This document shows, one piece after another, positions 1 through 8,615 of a stretch of 50,628 nucleotides of DNA; position 1 is the first letter of the stretch, and each line of letters starts with the position of its first letter. The notes beneath the pieces are model-generated. The model saw nothing but the letters and a program-made list of their open reading frames with translations, had not been told where the DNA came from and ran no database searches. Position numbers and translations under genes: made by a program. The stretch is from an uncultured archaeon. Lineage in GTDB: Archaea > Asgardarchaeota > Lokiarchaeia > Sigyniarchaeales > SOKP01. The stretch spans positions 1-50,628 of the forward strand of contig CAZOYD010000020.1 in NCBI GenBank assembly GCA_964583985.1, read 5' to 3'.

Positions 1-717
1 CTTTATTATTACACGATGGGTGAAGAAAAATGGAAAAAAACTGAAACTTGGCCTCCAAACGGACAAACTATGCATCGATGGTATTTTAATGAAAATCATT
101 CATTAAAAAAGACCCCGCCAGAATTAAAATTAGGAGAAGATAAATATAAAGTCGATTTTGAAGTAACTTCTGGAAAAGGAAACCGTTGGCACACTCATTA
201 TGCTCAAAAAATGTATTATGCAAAACGCGAGAAAATTGATAAGAAACTATTAATCTACGATAGCGAACCCTTAGAAAAAGATATTGAAATCACTGGTCAT
301 CCAATCATTACTCTTTATTTAAGCTCAACGCATGAAGACGGAGCGATTATCGCATATCTTGAGGATATTGATGAGGAAGGGAAAGTGTATAATATTACAG
401 AAGGAGAATTACGATTTATTCATAGAAAGATATCAGAAGAAGATCCTCCTTATAAAATTATGGTTCCCTATCATAGTTTTAAACGAGAAGATTCGCAAGT
501 AATGGTTCCAGGAGAAGTTACTGAAATCAAATTTGGCTTTTTACCAACTTCAGTATTGATTAAAAAAGGTCATAAAATAAGAATCGCGATTTGTGGAGCA
601 GATAAACAAACATTTTCTAGATACCCATCTGAAGGGAATCCTACAATCAAAATACTGCGGAATAAAAATAATTCTTCCTATATTGATTTGCCAGTGATTT
701 TAAAAAACCAAAATTAG
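1..717 (+). CDS. CocE/NonD family hydrolase, C-terminal (PepX_C-like) domain; 5'-partial
   Basis: Frame is open from base 1 (LYYYTMGEEKW...). Typical CocE C-terminal motifs: YDSEPLEKDIEITGHP, ITEGELR, KGHKIRIAICGAD, SYIDLP. Confidence 0.85.
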   Translation, partial: LYYYTMGEEKWKKTETWPPNGQTMHRWYFNENHSLKKTPPELKLGEDKYKVDFEVTSGKGNRWHTHYAQKMYYAKREKIDKKLLIYDSEPLEKDIEITGHPIITLYLSSTHEDGAIIAYLEDIDEEGKVYNITEGELRFIHRKISEEDPPYKIMVPYHSFKREDSQVMVPGEVTEIKFGFLPTSVLIKKGHKIRIAICGADKQTFSRYPSEGNPTIKILRNKNNSSYIDLPVILKNQN

Positions 718-832
718 TTTATAGAGAATAAAACTGAAAGCATAGTGGATCTTAGTTTTCCTGAATTTTTTTTCAGCATGGTATTATATACATTCAAAGG
801 ATCAATCATAATTGAAATTAATCAACATCTTA

Positions 833-850
833 AAATACCTTAGGGTATTT
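833..850. promoter_or_regulatory. Near-perfect 18-bp palindrome (AAATACC-TTAG-GGTATTT), possible operator upstream of the sulfatase-like gene
   Basis: 7-bp perfect inverted arms about 15 bp upstream of a TATA-like TTATAAAA and about 60 bp before the ATG at 909. Confidence 0.3.
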
Positions 851-908
851 CAGATAACATTCAATTATAAAATGTAATTTCTCTAGGCTAAGGAAAGGAA
901 GATTTTAT

Positions 909-2369
909 ATGGTAAATGCAATACTAATTGTTCTTGATACTTTAAGGCAAGATCATGTTGGTGCTTATGGAAATACGTGGATAAAAACTCCAAATTTAGA
1001 TAAATTTGCACAAGAGTCAGTGAAATTTACGCGAATGTATCCAGAGTCATTACCAACACTCCCAGCAAGAAAAGCTATTTATACAGGGAAACGCGTGTTT
1101 CCTTTTACGGATGATAAACTTGGAAAGACTAAAACTGGTAAGGGAGATTTTATCGCTGATGCTCTTGGTGCGCCTGGTTGGAGTTCAATTTCAGATTCTA
1201 ACGATACTTTAGCAGAACGATTTAATCGGAAAAAATATATATCAGCTTTATTTTCTGATGTATATCATCAATTTAAACCAGGATATAATTTTACCCGTGG
1301 CTTCAATCAATGGAAATGGATTCGTGGACAAGAAGAAGATGCATATTTGTCCGGACCCCGAATTTCTGACGAAGTTCTCAACGATTATCTCACTTCTAAA
1401 GGTGATGGAATAATAGCAGGAACTATATTTGCCCAACACATGATGAGACGATTTCTTCAGAATGTGCGCTGGTGGCGTTCTGAAACGGATACTTTTCCTT
1501 CACAAGTATTTCGTGCTGCTGGGGAATGGTTAGATATGAATTATGATGTTTTAATAAATGGAAAAGGATTCTTGACTGTAGAATCATTTGATCCTCATGA
1601 ACCTTGGTATCCGCCTCTTCATTACATTCGATTATATGAAAAGGATCCTGATTGGGAGAAAGGGTGTCGAAAGATATCGCATTCTATCTATGGACCCGCA
1701 AGCATGCTTTCTGATAAAGAACTCAAAAATCTAAAAACAAGGTATGCTGCGGAAGTATCGCTTGTAGACACCTGGTTCGGTTATTTCTTGGATTATATCA
1801 AAAGAATTGGTATATGGGATAATTCAATCATTGTTGTGGTTTCCGATCACGGTCACATGCTGGGAGAACATGGTCTCGTGGCAAAAGCAGCCAATCCGCT
1901 TGGACGTGAAGTAGCAGATCTTGTTGCTATGATCCGATTTCCAGAGGGTGAAGGGAGCGGTACGATTTGCAATAAGTTTTGCTATCATCATGATATTGCC
2001 CCTACCATTAGTAAAGCTTGTGGTATTTCTACAAGTAACATGGATGGCAAGGATCTACTAAGATTAATTCGAGATGATACACTTACATATTATAATCATG
2101 TTTCAATAGCTTGGGGTGGTTCTGTGGTAGTTTATGATGGAGAATTTTGGTATAACGGATATGTATGGGATATAGAAGGAGGAAGCTTGTTTGATGTTAC
2201 CAAAGATCCCAAACTTACGGATAATATTATTTCAAAACATCCTGATAAGGCAAAAGAACTTTTAAAGCTTTGTTGGGAGGACGCTGGAGAGCCAATTGAT
2301 ATGGAATTTATGCGAAAATTCAAGGACTTACTAGGATGCACACCAGTCACCAAAACGCTCAACTGTTAA
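909..2369 (+). CDS. Sulfatase-like hydrolase/transferase (alkaline phosphatase superfamily) with Thr at the nucleophile position
   Basis: DTLRQDH, TPNLD, PTLPARKAIYTG (T-x-P-x-R), FDPHEPW and SDHG metal-binding motifs. Confidence 0.85.
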   Translation: MVNAILIVLDTLRQDHVGAYGNTWIKTPNLDKFAQESVKFTRMYPESLPTLPARKAIYTGKRVFPFTDDKLGKTKTGKGDFIADALGAPGWSSISDSNDTLAERFNRKKYISALFSDVYHQFKPGYNFTRGFNQWKWIRGQEEDAYLSGPRISDEVLNDYLTSKGDGIIAGTIFAQHMMRRFLQNVRWWRSETDTFPSQVFRAAGEWLDMNYDVLINGKGFLTVESFDPHEPWYPPLHYIRLYEKDPDWEKGCRKISHSIYGPASMLSDKELKNLKTRYAAEVSLVDTWFGYFLDYIKRIGIWDNSIIVVVSDHGHMLGEHGLVAKAANPLGREVADLVAMIRFPEGEGSGTICNKFCYHHDIAPTISKACGISTSNMDGKDLLRLIRDDTLTYYNHVSIAWGGSVVVYDGEFWYNGYVWDIEGGSLFDVTKDPKLTDNIISKHPDKAKELLKLCWEDAGEPIDMEFMRKFKDLLGCTPVTKTLNC

Positions 2370-2421
2370 AATTGAATCACTCTATAATTAGATTATACGA
2401 TTTCTATAAAATTGGATATAT

Positions 2422-2898
2422 TCATGATAATACTGTACCACATGAAGGGCAAGTTTTGATTTCATCTTCGATCTTGGATCCACAGAAAGGACATATCCTT
2501 TTAAGTATACTTTTTTGTGTAGATTGAGAATTTATGGTATAAAACAATGAAAATAACTGAGAAAATAATCCATCATACCAAGATTTCTTAAGCTTTTCAA
2601 CTCTCAAAACATTTCTTGAAAGTGGCGTAGCTTCCACCCTTAAAAGTGTATAATTTCCTCCTAAATCGTAAAAATTTATCCGAATTCTTTTCTTCCAATT
2701 CGGATCGTGTCCCGTATTAGCCATTAATGTTCCTTGCTTAGCTTCGATAAATGTGGGAGGATTTGATCTCTTTATCTTTGCTTTATGTGTCCCATTCAGC
2801 CATTGTAGGGTGATTTTAAATGTTTTTTCAATATTAAGAGGTATTTTTTCCTCATATATGACGTTAACATTCATCATGAATACTCTTTTATACAACAA
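2422..2898 (-). CDS. Hypothetical protein with C-terminal zinc ribbon (true start probably the ATG near 2877)
   Basis: C-terminal CPFCG-x8-CPSCG. N-terminal alpha/beta region is unassigned. Confidence 0.65.
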   Translation of the reverse strand: MLYKRVFMMNVNVIYEEKIPLNIEKTFKITLQWLNGTHKAKIKRSNPPTFIEAKQGTLMANTGHDPNWKKRIRINFYDLGGNYTLLRVEATPLSRNVLRVEKLKKSWYDGLFSQLFSLFYTINSQSTQKSILKRICPFCGSKIEDEIKTCPSCGTVLS

Positions 2899-3187
2899 TA
2901 AAAAAAAGATAAAGAAGGCTATTTAATTTTTCATTCTCTTGCAAATTCATATTACAATTATTTTTTTACAGTTTTATTTTATAGGATTTTGAAAATAGGT
3001 ACAAAATTAAAGATATTTCTAAAAATTACGATTTAAATAAGTTGAGTATTTCTACGTTTATGATACAAGATAAATAATTTAGAAGAATTAATTTTAAAAA
3101 CTTAAATTTTTTATGTTTAAAGTAGAGATAAAACACAAATAACGATTCACGGTTACTATAAATTAAACAAAAATAGGTTGATTTTCG

Positions 3188-3553
3188 ATTTACAAGGTAT
3201 TTATCGTTGAGGATAATAGAGACTTCCAAGATGTGATTAAATTATCACTTGAGGGATTTGGATATCAAGTCATTGGGACAGCTTCAGATGGAGAGATGGC
3301 GATTGCTGAATTTAAGAATTTCAATTTGAAACCCGATATTATAATAATGGATCATAGAATGCCCAAAAAAAATGGGATTGAAGCATCGATTGAAATTTTA
3401 AAAATCAACAAAGAAATGAACATTATTTTTACTACTGGTGATGATGAAATCAGAAACCAAGCTATCAATATAGGAGTGAAGTGTGTGATACTAAAGCCTT
3501 TTTCAATCAATAAATTATTAGATCAGATTGAATTGATATTGAATGAAAAATAG
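3188..3553 (+). CDS. Single-domain response regulator (CheY-like receiver); start extended upstream of the ORF-track call
   Basis: In-frame sequence upstream of GTG 3233 reads IYKVFIVEDNRDFQD, i.e. the receiver beta1 strand and acidic pocket. Also PDIIIMD (phospho-acceptor), TTGD and KPF. Confidence 0.85.
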   Translation: MYKVFIVEDNRDFQDVIKLSLEGFGYQVIGTASDGEMAIAEFKNFNLKPDIIIMDHRMPKKNGIEASIEILKINKEMNIIFTTGDDEIRNQAINIGVKCVILKPFSINKLLDQIELILNEK

Positions 3554-3619
3554 AGTTATAATAAGATTAATAGGTATATTACAAAAAAAATTTAATATCA
3601 TTAAAAAGAGGATTTTTAT

Positions 3620-6600
3620 ATGAACGATATGAAAAACATAGATAAAGAAGAAAAAGAATTTATCCAAATTGTAGGAATTGGAGCTTCTGCTGGAGGTCTA
3701 GATGCTTTTGAAAAATTTTTTTCAAATATGTCCCCTCAAAGTGATATGGCATTTGTATTAGTACCACATCTTGATCCAACTCATAAGAGCATTTTGGGAG
3801 AACTGATTAAAAAATGTACTGAGATGAATGTAAATGAAATAAGTGATGAAATGAACGTTGAAATAAATCAGACATATGTAATCCCTCCGAATTATGATTT
3901 AAGACTAGAAGGTAATAGATTTAAATTAATTGAACCCTCAGCACCTCGGGGATTAAGGTTACCAATAGATAATTTCTTTCGTTCTTTGGCAGAATCTCAA
4001 AAAGAAAATTCAATTGGAATTATACTTTCTGGAACAGGAACAGATGGTTCACTGGGGCTTAGAGCGATTAAGGGAGTAGGAGGAATGATAATGGTACAAT
4101 CTCCAGAAACTGCTAAATATAATGGTATGCCACAGAGCGCTATAAAGAGCAATTTAGTAGATTTCATCTTAGCTCCTGAGGAAATGCCTGAACGGTTGAT
4201 CTCTTATGTGAAACATTCATATAATGTCATTAAAACCAAACTAGAACTCCCTGGAACCGAAACGAGTATTCTACTAAATGAAATTTTCAAAAATTTGCGC
4301 TTAAAGAAGGGCTTAGACTTTTCAGCGTATAAGGAAGCAATGATTCTAAGAAGATTGGAAAAAAGGATGTCAATTAATAATATTGGCACTTTAAGTGAAT
4401 ATGTAAAATTTTTAATTAACAATAATAATGAATTAATTGTTCTCTATCAAGAATTGTTAATTGGAGTTACTAATTTCTTTCGGGATAAAGAGGCATTTGA
4501 TCAGCTAAAAAAATTTGTAATTCCTAAGTTATTTGAAGGGCGTTCGTTAAAAAATCCTATTAGAATTTGGGTTCCATCCTGTTCAACAGGAGAAGAAGCA
4601 TATAGCATTGCAATTTTAATAACAGAATATCTGAACCTAATTGGTGAAAAATTTGAAGTACAAATTTTCGCGACTGATGTTGATAGGCAAGCTATTGAAA
4701 AAGCAAGAATGGGGATTTATCCTGATAACATTGGTGTTGATGTCCCCGAAGAGTACTTGAAAAACTATTTTATATCTAAAAATAATACATATGAAATTAA
4801 GAAAGAGATACGCAATTCAATAGTTTTTGCTGTACAGAATGTTATTGCAGATCCTCCTTTCTCTAAATTAGATTTAATATCTTGTCGTAATTTGTCAATC
4901 TATTTAATTCCAGAAATTCAAAAAAAGCTATTACTCCTGTTTCATTTTGCTCTCAATTTAAATGGTTTTCTTTTTTTAGGAAACTCAGAATCAATCAGCA
5001 ATGTTTCTTCTTATTTTCTGGCAATTAATTCACGCTGGAAAATCTTTCAAAAAAAGGAGACGTTTATACCATATTTAGAAAATGAAAGAACATTTCCACC
5101 CTTAATTACTAATCTTAAGGAGCATATTGTTGAAAATATGAAATTTGATGAAAAGAGGGTAAAATATGATGAATTAGTCAAAGATTTTATTCTTGATCAT
5201 TTTTCTCCTTCAGCAGTTTTGATAAACCAAGATAATAAAATCCTATATTTTCACGGCAATACAGGCAAGTTCTTGGAACCCTCTGAAGGTGATGCTAATT
5301 TAGATATTCTTGAAATGGCGCGGGAAGATTTGCATCTAGAATTATCCACTGCTTTGAGAAAAGCAAAATTACAGAAAAAAGAAGTGACATATCAAAATAT
5401 AAAATTGAATTTGTATGGAAATATAATATCTATTAATCTAACTGCAAGACCAATCAGTACATCAGGAAAGTTAAATGAACTGATCCTTGTAATATTTGAG
5501 GAAAATCCAAATGAACCTGGAAAAAAAGGAGTTGAAATTGAAATAGATGCGACTGAGAGTGAGAAAATAAAGCTCCTTGAAGATGAGTTAAAATCAAACA
5601 AACAAACCCTACAAACTGCCTTTGAAGAACTTGAAATCACGAATGAAGAATTAAAATCTACTAATGAGGAATTACAATCATCAAATGAAGAGTTCCAGAG
5701 TACAAATGAAGAACTACAGACTTCGAGAGAAGAACTTCAATCAATTAATGAAGAATTAATTACCGTAAATACAGAATTAGACGCGAAGATAAATGAAATA
5801 TCGCTTATAAACGCAGATCTCCTTAATTTAATAGAAAGTACAGATGTGGGATTAATTTTTTTGGATCTTAATCTTAATATTAAACGATTTACACCCCCTA
5901 TTACAAAAGTTCTAAACATAATTGATTCGGATATTGGACGTCCTTTTATCCATATCACCTCAAACTTAAATTATAATTACATAATTAATGATGCATTAGA
6001 TGTCATTAAAAATCAACAACCCAAAAACATAGATCTTGAAACTAAAGACGGAATTTGGTATAACGTGCGAATTTTACCATATAAAACTTTGAATAATATC
6101 ATTGATGGGGTTACAATATCATTTCTTGATATTACACAAATGATTAAAGCAAATCAAATGATACAAGAGGCTCGAGACTTTTCAGAAAATATTATCAAGA
6201 CAATTCGTGAACCCCTCTTAATCCTTGACTCAAATTTCAGAATAATTTCCGCGAATCGTAGTTTTTTTGAGACTTTTTTAGTTTCAAAAGAAGAGGTTGA
6301 GGGTAAAATCATATTTGATTTAAAAGGTGGTCAATGGGATATTCCAATGCTACGGACGATTTTAGAAGAAATCCTTCCTAAAAGCTTAGAATTTGAAAAC
6401 TATGAAGTACGTCATGAGTTTCAAATTATTGGTAAAAAAATCATGCTACTTAACGCTAGAAAATTAAATTCCACAAATAATACTTCTGAGTTGATATTAC
6501 TTGCGTTTGAAGACATCACGTCATTTAGAGAGACTGAAGAAAAGTTAAAAAATTCTGAAATAAGATATAAAAACGCATTTGATCTTACAAATTTCTATAA

Positions 6601-7270
6601 AGACTTGTTTGCTCATGACATGAGTAATATTTTGCAAAGTATAATCTCTACAATAGAATACTATGATAGATTTCAAAAAAAGGATGAAGATCAAGATTAC
6701 CTTGTAGAAAACCTCCAAAATTTAATTTATAAAGCTTCATCTTTGATAGCTAATGTCAGAAAATTATCAAAAATTGAGGACCCTAATCTCACATTTAGTT
6801 CAATAAAAATTTCTGATGTCTTAAAGAAAGTTACTAAAAGTATCAAGGATAGTTTTAAATTAAGAGATATAGATATAGAAATAACTGGATTGACTGATGA
6901 CATTTGTATTCAAGGTGATGAATTGCTAATTGATATTTTTGATAATATATTGCATAATTCGGTTTATTATAGTGATGAGAATAAAAAATTAGAAATCAAA
7001 ATCAAAATTTCTGAAGTAGAAGAGGAGGGTAAAGGGTTTATCCAAATGGAATTTATTGATAATGGAATAGGAATACCTGATGAGAACAAAAGCAAATTAT
7101 TTACTCAACATAATAATAAAGATATTCACTCCAGAGGTATGGGTATGGGTTTATCGCTAGTAAAAAGAATTATTGATAAATACCAAGGAAAAATAATAGT
7201 TGAGAACAGGATAAAGGATAAGTATAAATTAGGCACAAATTTCAAGATATTACTTCGAAAGAGCGTTTAG
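3620..7270 (+). CDS. CheB methylesterase - CheR methyltransferase - coiled coil - PAS - histidine kinase fusion
   Basis: CheB motifs GIGASAGG, PHL, SGTGTDG. CheR motifs VTNFFRD, CSTGEEAYS, DLISCRN. NEELQS heptads, PAS folds, H-box FAHDMSNILQ, N-box NILHNS, G1 DNGIGIP, G2 GMGMGL. Confidence 0.92.
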   Translation: MNDMKNIDKEEKEFIQIVGIGASAGGLDAFEKFFSNMSPQSDMAFVLVPHLDPTHKSILGELIKKCTEMNVNEISDEMNVEINQTYVIPPNYDLRLEGNRFKLIEPSAPRGLRLPIDNFFRSLAESQKENSIGIILSGTGTDGSLGLRAIKGVGGMIMVQSPETAKYNGMPQSAIKSNLVDFILAPEEMPERLISYVKHSYNVIKTKLELPGTETSILLNEIFKNLRLKKGLDFSAYKEAMILRRLEKRMSINNIGTLSEYVKFLINNNNELIVLYQELLIGVTNFFRDKEAFDQLKKFVIPKLFEGRSLKNPIRIWVPSCSTGEEAYSIAILITEYLNLIGEKFEVQIFATDVDRQAIEKARMGIYPDNIGVDVPEEYLKNYFISKNNTYEIKKEIRNSIVFAVQNVIADPPFSKLDLISCRNLSIYLIPEIQKKLLLLFHFALNLNGFLFLGNSESISNVSSYFLAINSRWKIFQKKETFIPYLENERTFPPLITNLKEHIVENMKFDEKRVKYDELVKDFILDHFSPSAVLINQDNKILYFHGNTGKFLEPSEGDANLDILEMAREDLHLELSTALRKAKLQKKEVTYQNIKLNLYGNIISINLTARPISTSGKLNELILVIFEENPNEPGKKGVEIEIDATESEKIKLLEDELKSNKQTLQTAFEELEITNEELKSTNEELQSSNEEFQSTNEELQTSREELQSINEELITVNTELDAKINEISLINADLLNLIESTDVGLIFLDLNLNIKRFTPPITKVLNIIDSDIGRPFIHITSNLNYNYIINDALDVIKNQQPKNIDLETKDGIWYNVRILPYKTLNNIIDGVTISFLDITQMIKANQMIQEARDFSENIIKTIREPLLILDSNFRIISANRSFFETFLVSKEEVEGKIIFDLKGGQWDIPMLRTILEEILPKSLEFENYEVRHEFQIIGKKIMLLNARKLNSTNNTSELILLAFEDITSFRETEEKLKNSEIRYKNAFDLTNFYKDLFAHDMSNILQSIISTIEYYDRFQKKDEDQDYLVENLQNLIYKASSLIANVRKLSKIEDPNLTFSSIKISDVLKKVTKSIKDSFKLRDIDIEITGLTDDICIQGDELLIDIFDNILHNSVYYSDENKKLEIKIKISEVEEEGKGFIQMEFIDNGIGIPDENKSKLFTQHNNKDIHSRGMGMGLSLVKRIIDKYQGKIIVENRIKDKYKLGTNFKILLRKSV
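5642..5767 (+). repeat. Six degenerate 21-nt tandem repeats encoding NEEL(Q/K)S(T/S)-type heptads
   Basis: aatgaagaattaaaatctact / aatgaggaattacaatcatca / aatgaagagttccagagtaca / aatgaagaactacagacttcg ... inside the kinase CDS. Confidence 0.8.
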
Positions 7271-7336
7271 ATGAGTTACATAACAACTATAAATTAAATT
7301 GAGGATTGAGTTCCAGTAGATTTCTCATTAGAGTGT

Positions 7337-7371
7337 GAATTTGATTTAATATATAAAGAAATATCAAATTC
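7337..7371. other. 9-bp inverted repeat (GAATTTGAT-N17-ATCAAATTC) between convergent genes
   Basis: Perfect inverted arms in the 7271-7489 intergenic region. Could be a terminator hairpin or a protein-binding site. Confidence 0.3.
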
Positions 7372-7489
7372 GATTGAAAAAGAATGCATGTAATCTCTTG
7401 AGTTGATAAATTATGATAAAATCACGGAATCTATTATTTCATAAAAGTTTTTTATTCGATAAAACTATTATGAGATATGTATTAACTCT

Positions 7490-8029
7490 CTACAATAAAC
7501 CACCATTACTAAGCAGTTTCCTTGATAGGATTTCGAAAATTACCTCAACATTCTCACCAGTTTTCGAAGAGCATTCGAGAAAATCAAATAAATTTCGGGT
7601 TCTGCCATAATCTTTAGCAAATTCAGGATCGACTACTCTTTTACCTTGTGATGCTAAATCCGATTTTCCACCAACTAAAATCATTGGAAGATAGTTTTCT
7701 TGTTCAATGGATGTTTTTTGTATCACTTCCATCCATCCTTCTATATTTTTTAAGCTAGAAAAACGAGAAATATCGTACATATATATCCCACCAGAGGCAC
7801 CAATTAAATAATTAGGTAATAGATTTTTAAATCGATGCTCTCCAGCAAAATCCCATATTTGTAAGGTGACATTTATTCCATCAATATCCAGTGTTTTAAT
7901 ATAAAAATCTACACCAATAGTCATCTTAAAATCTTCCTTATATTTCCCAGAAATGTACCTATTAACTAAAGTAGTCTTTCCTACTCCACCATCACCAATT
8001 AAGCATATTTTATATCTAGCATGTGACAT
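7490..8029 (-). CDS. Rab-like small GTPase (Ras superfamily; eukaryotic signature protein)
   Basis: G1 GDGGVGKT, G2/RabF1 TIGVDF, G3 LQIWDFAG, G4 variant GKSD, G5 CSSK. No C-terminal prenylation Cys. Confidence 0.92.
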   Translation of the reverse strand: MSHARYKICLIGDGGVGKTTLVNRYISGKYKEDFKMTIGVDFYIKTLDIDGINVTLQIWDFAGEHRFKNLLPNYLIGASGGIYMYDISRFSSLKNIEGWMEVIQKTSIEQENYLPMILVGGKSDLASQGKRVVDPEFAKDYGRTRNLFDFLECSSKTGENVEVIFEILSRKLLSNGGLL

Positions 8030-8049
8030 GATTTTTTCCTCGTAAGATA

Positions 8050-8397
8050 TTATTTTATAAAACTCTTCTTAATAGTCATTAACTCATCACGTAATGAATT
8101 ATTTTCTTCCCTTAATTGTTCTATCTCTTTCATAAGGGTATTGGTTATAGTTAAAACTTGATCTTTTGAGAATAGGTCGCTATCTTTCAATTCTCTTACC
8201 TCAACACCTCTAATTTCTAAATTCCTATCTATGTAAAGAGTAGTTAGAAGATTTTTTAATTCTCCATGTAAAAAAGTGTATGGGAATGGATATTCATCAT
8301 GATCAATTAATAGTTGGTTATTGAGATCAATCTTATGACTTTGTTTACATAATCTACAATCGTATTCTCGGATAATAGGAGTAATTTTCCTATTCAT
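8050..8397 (-). CDS. Hypothetical protein with N-terminal CxxC-x3-H motif and C-terminal coiled coil
   Basis: CRLCKQSH; YPFPYTFLHG...LYIDRNLEIRGVE; EIEQLREENNSLRDEL heptads. Lies 20 bp upstream of the GTPase on the same strand. Confidence 0.7.
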   Translation of the reverse strand: MNRKITPIIREYDCRLCKQSHKIDLNNQLLIDHDEYPFPYTFLHGELKNLLTTLYIDRNLEIRGVEVRELKDSDLFSKDQVLTITNTLMKEIEQLREENNSLRDELMTIKKSFIK

Positions 8398-8404
8398 ACA
8401 AACA

Positions 8405-8422
8405 TAATAAGATATCTTATTA
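8405..8422. promoter_or_regulatory. Perfect 18-bp palindrome TAATAAGATATCTTATTA, candidate operator
   Basis: Exact reverse-complement symmetry, 7 bp from the start codon at 8397, in the divergent region shared with sucCD. Confidence 0.4.
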
Positions 8423-8615
8423 ATATATGATTTGATATTTCATCAATTCTTAAAATTTTATATGATTATTCTTATCTTTATAGAATCTAACTTAAAAACC
8501 CATGATCCAAAACAGTTCATTAATGTACAAGATCTTAAAAAGTGGAAATTATTAATTTTAGAGAAAATTCTAAATCCAATAAGATTTAAAATTCAAACCT
8601 TAGAAGGGAATTATT

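Noticed and set aside
3026-3229. Intergenic AT-rich ORF; 7413-7610 and 8432-8629 are similar cases
   Set aside because: Low-complexity translations overlapping promoters or neighbouring genes, with no coding signal.
5642-5767. 21-nt periodic repeat as a possible CRISPR array or VNTR
   Set aside because: Degenerate, in-frame and without spacers; explained by coiled-coil heptads.
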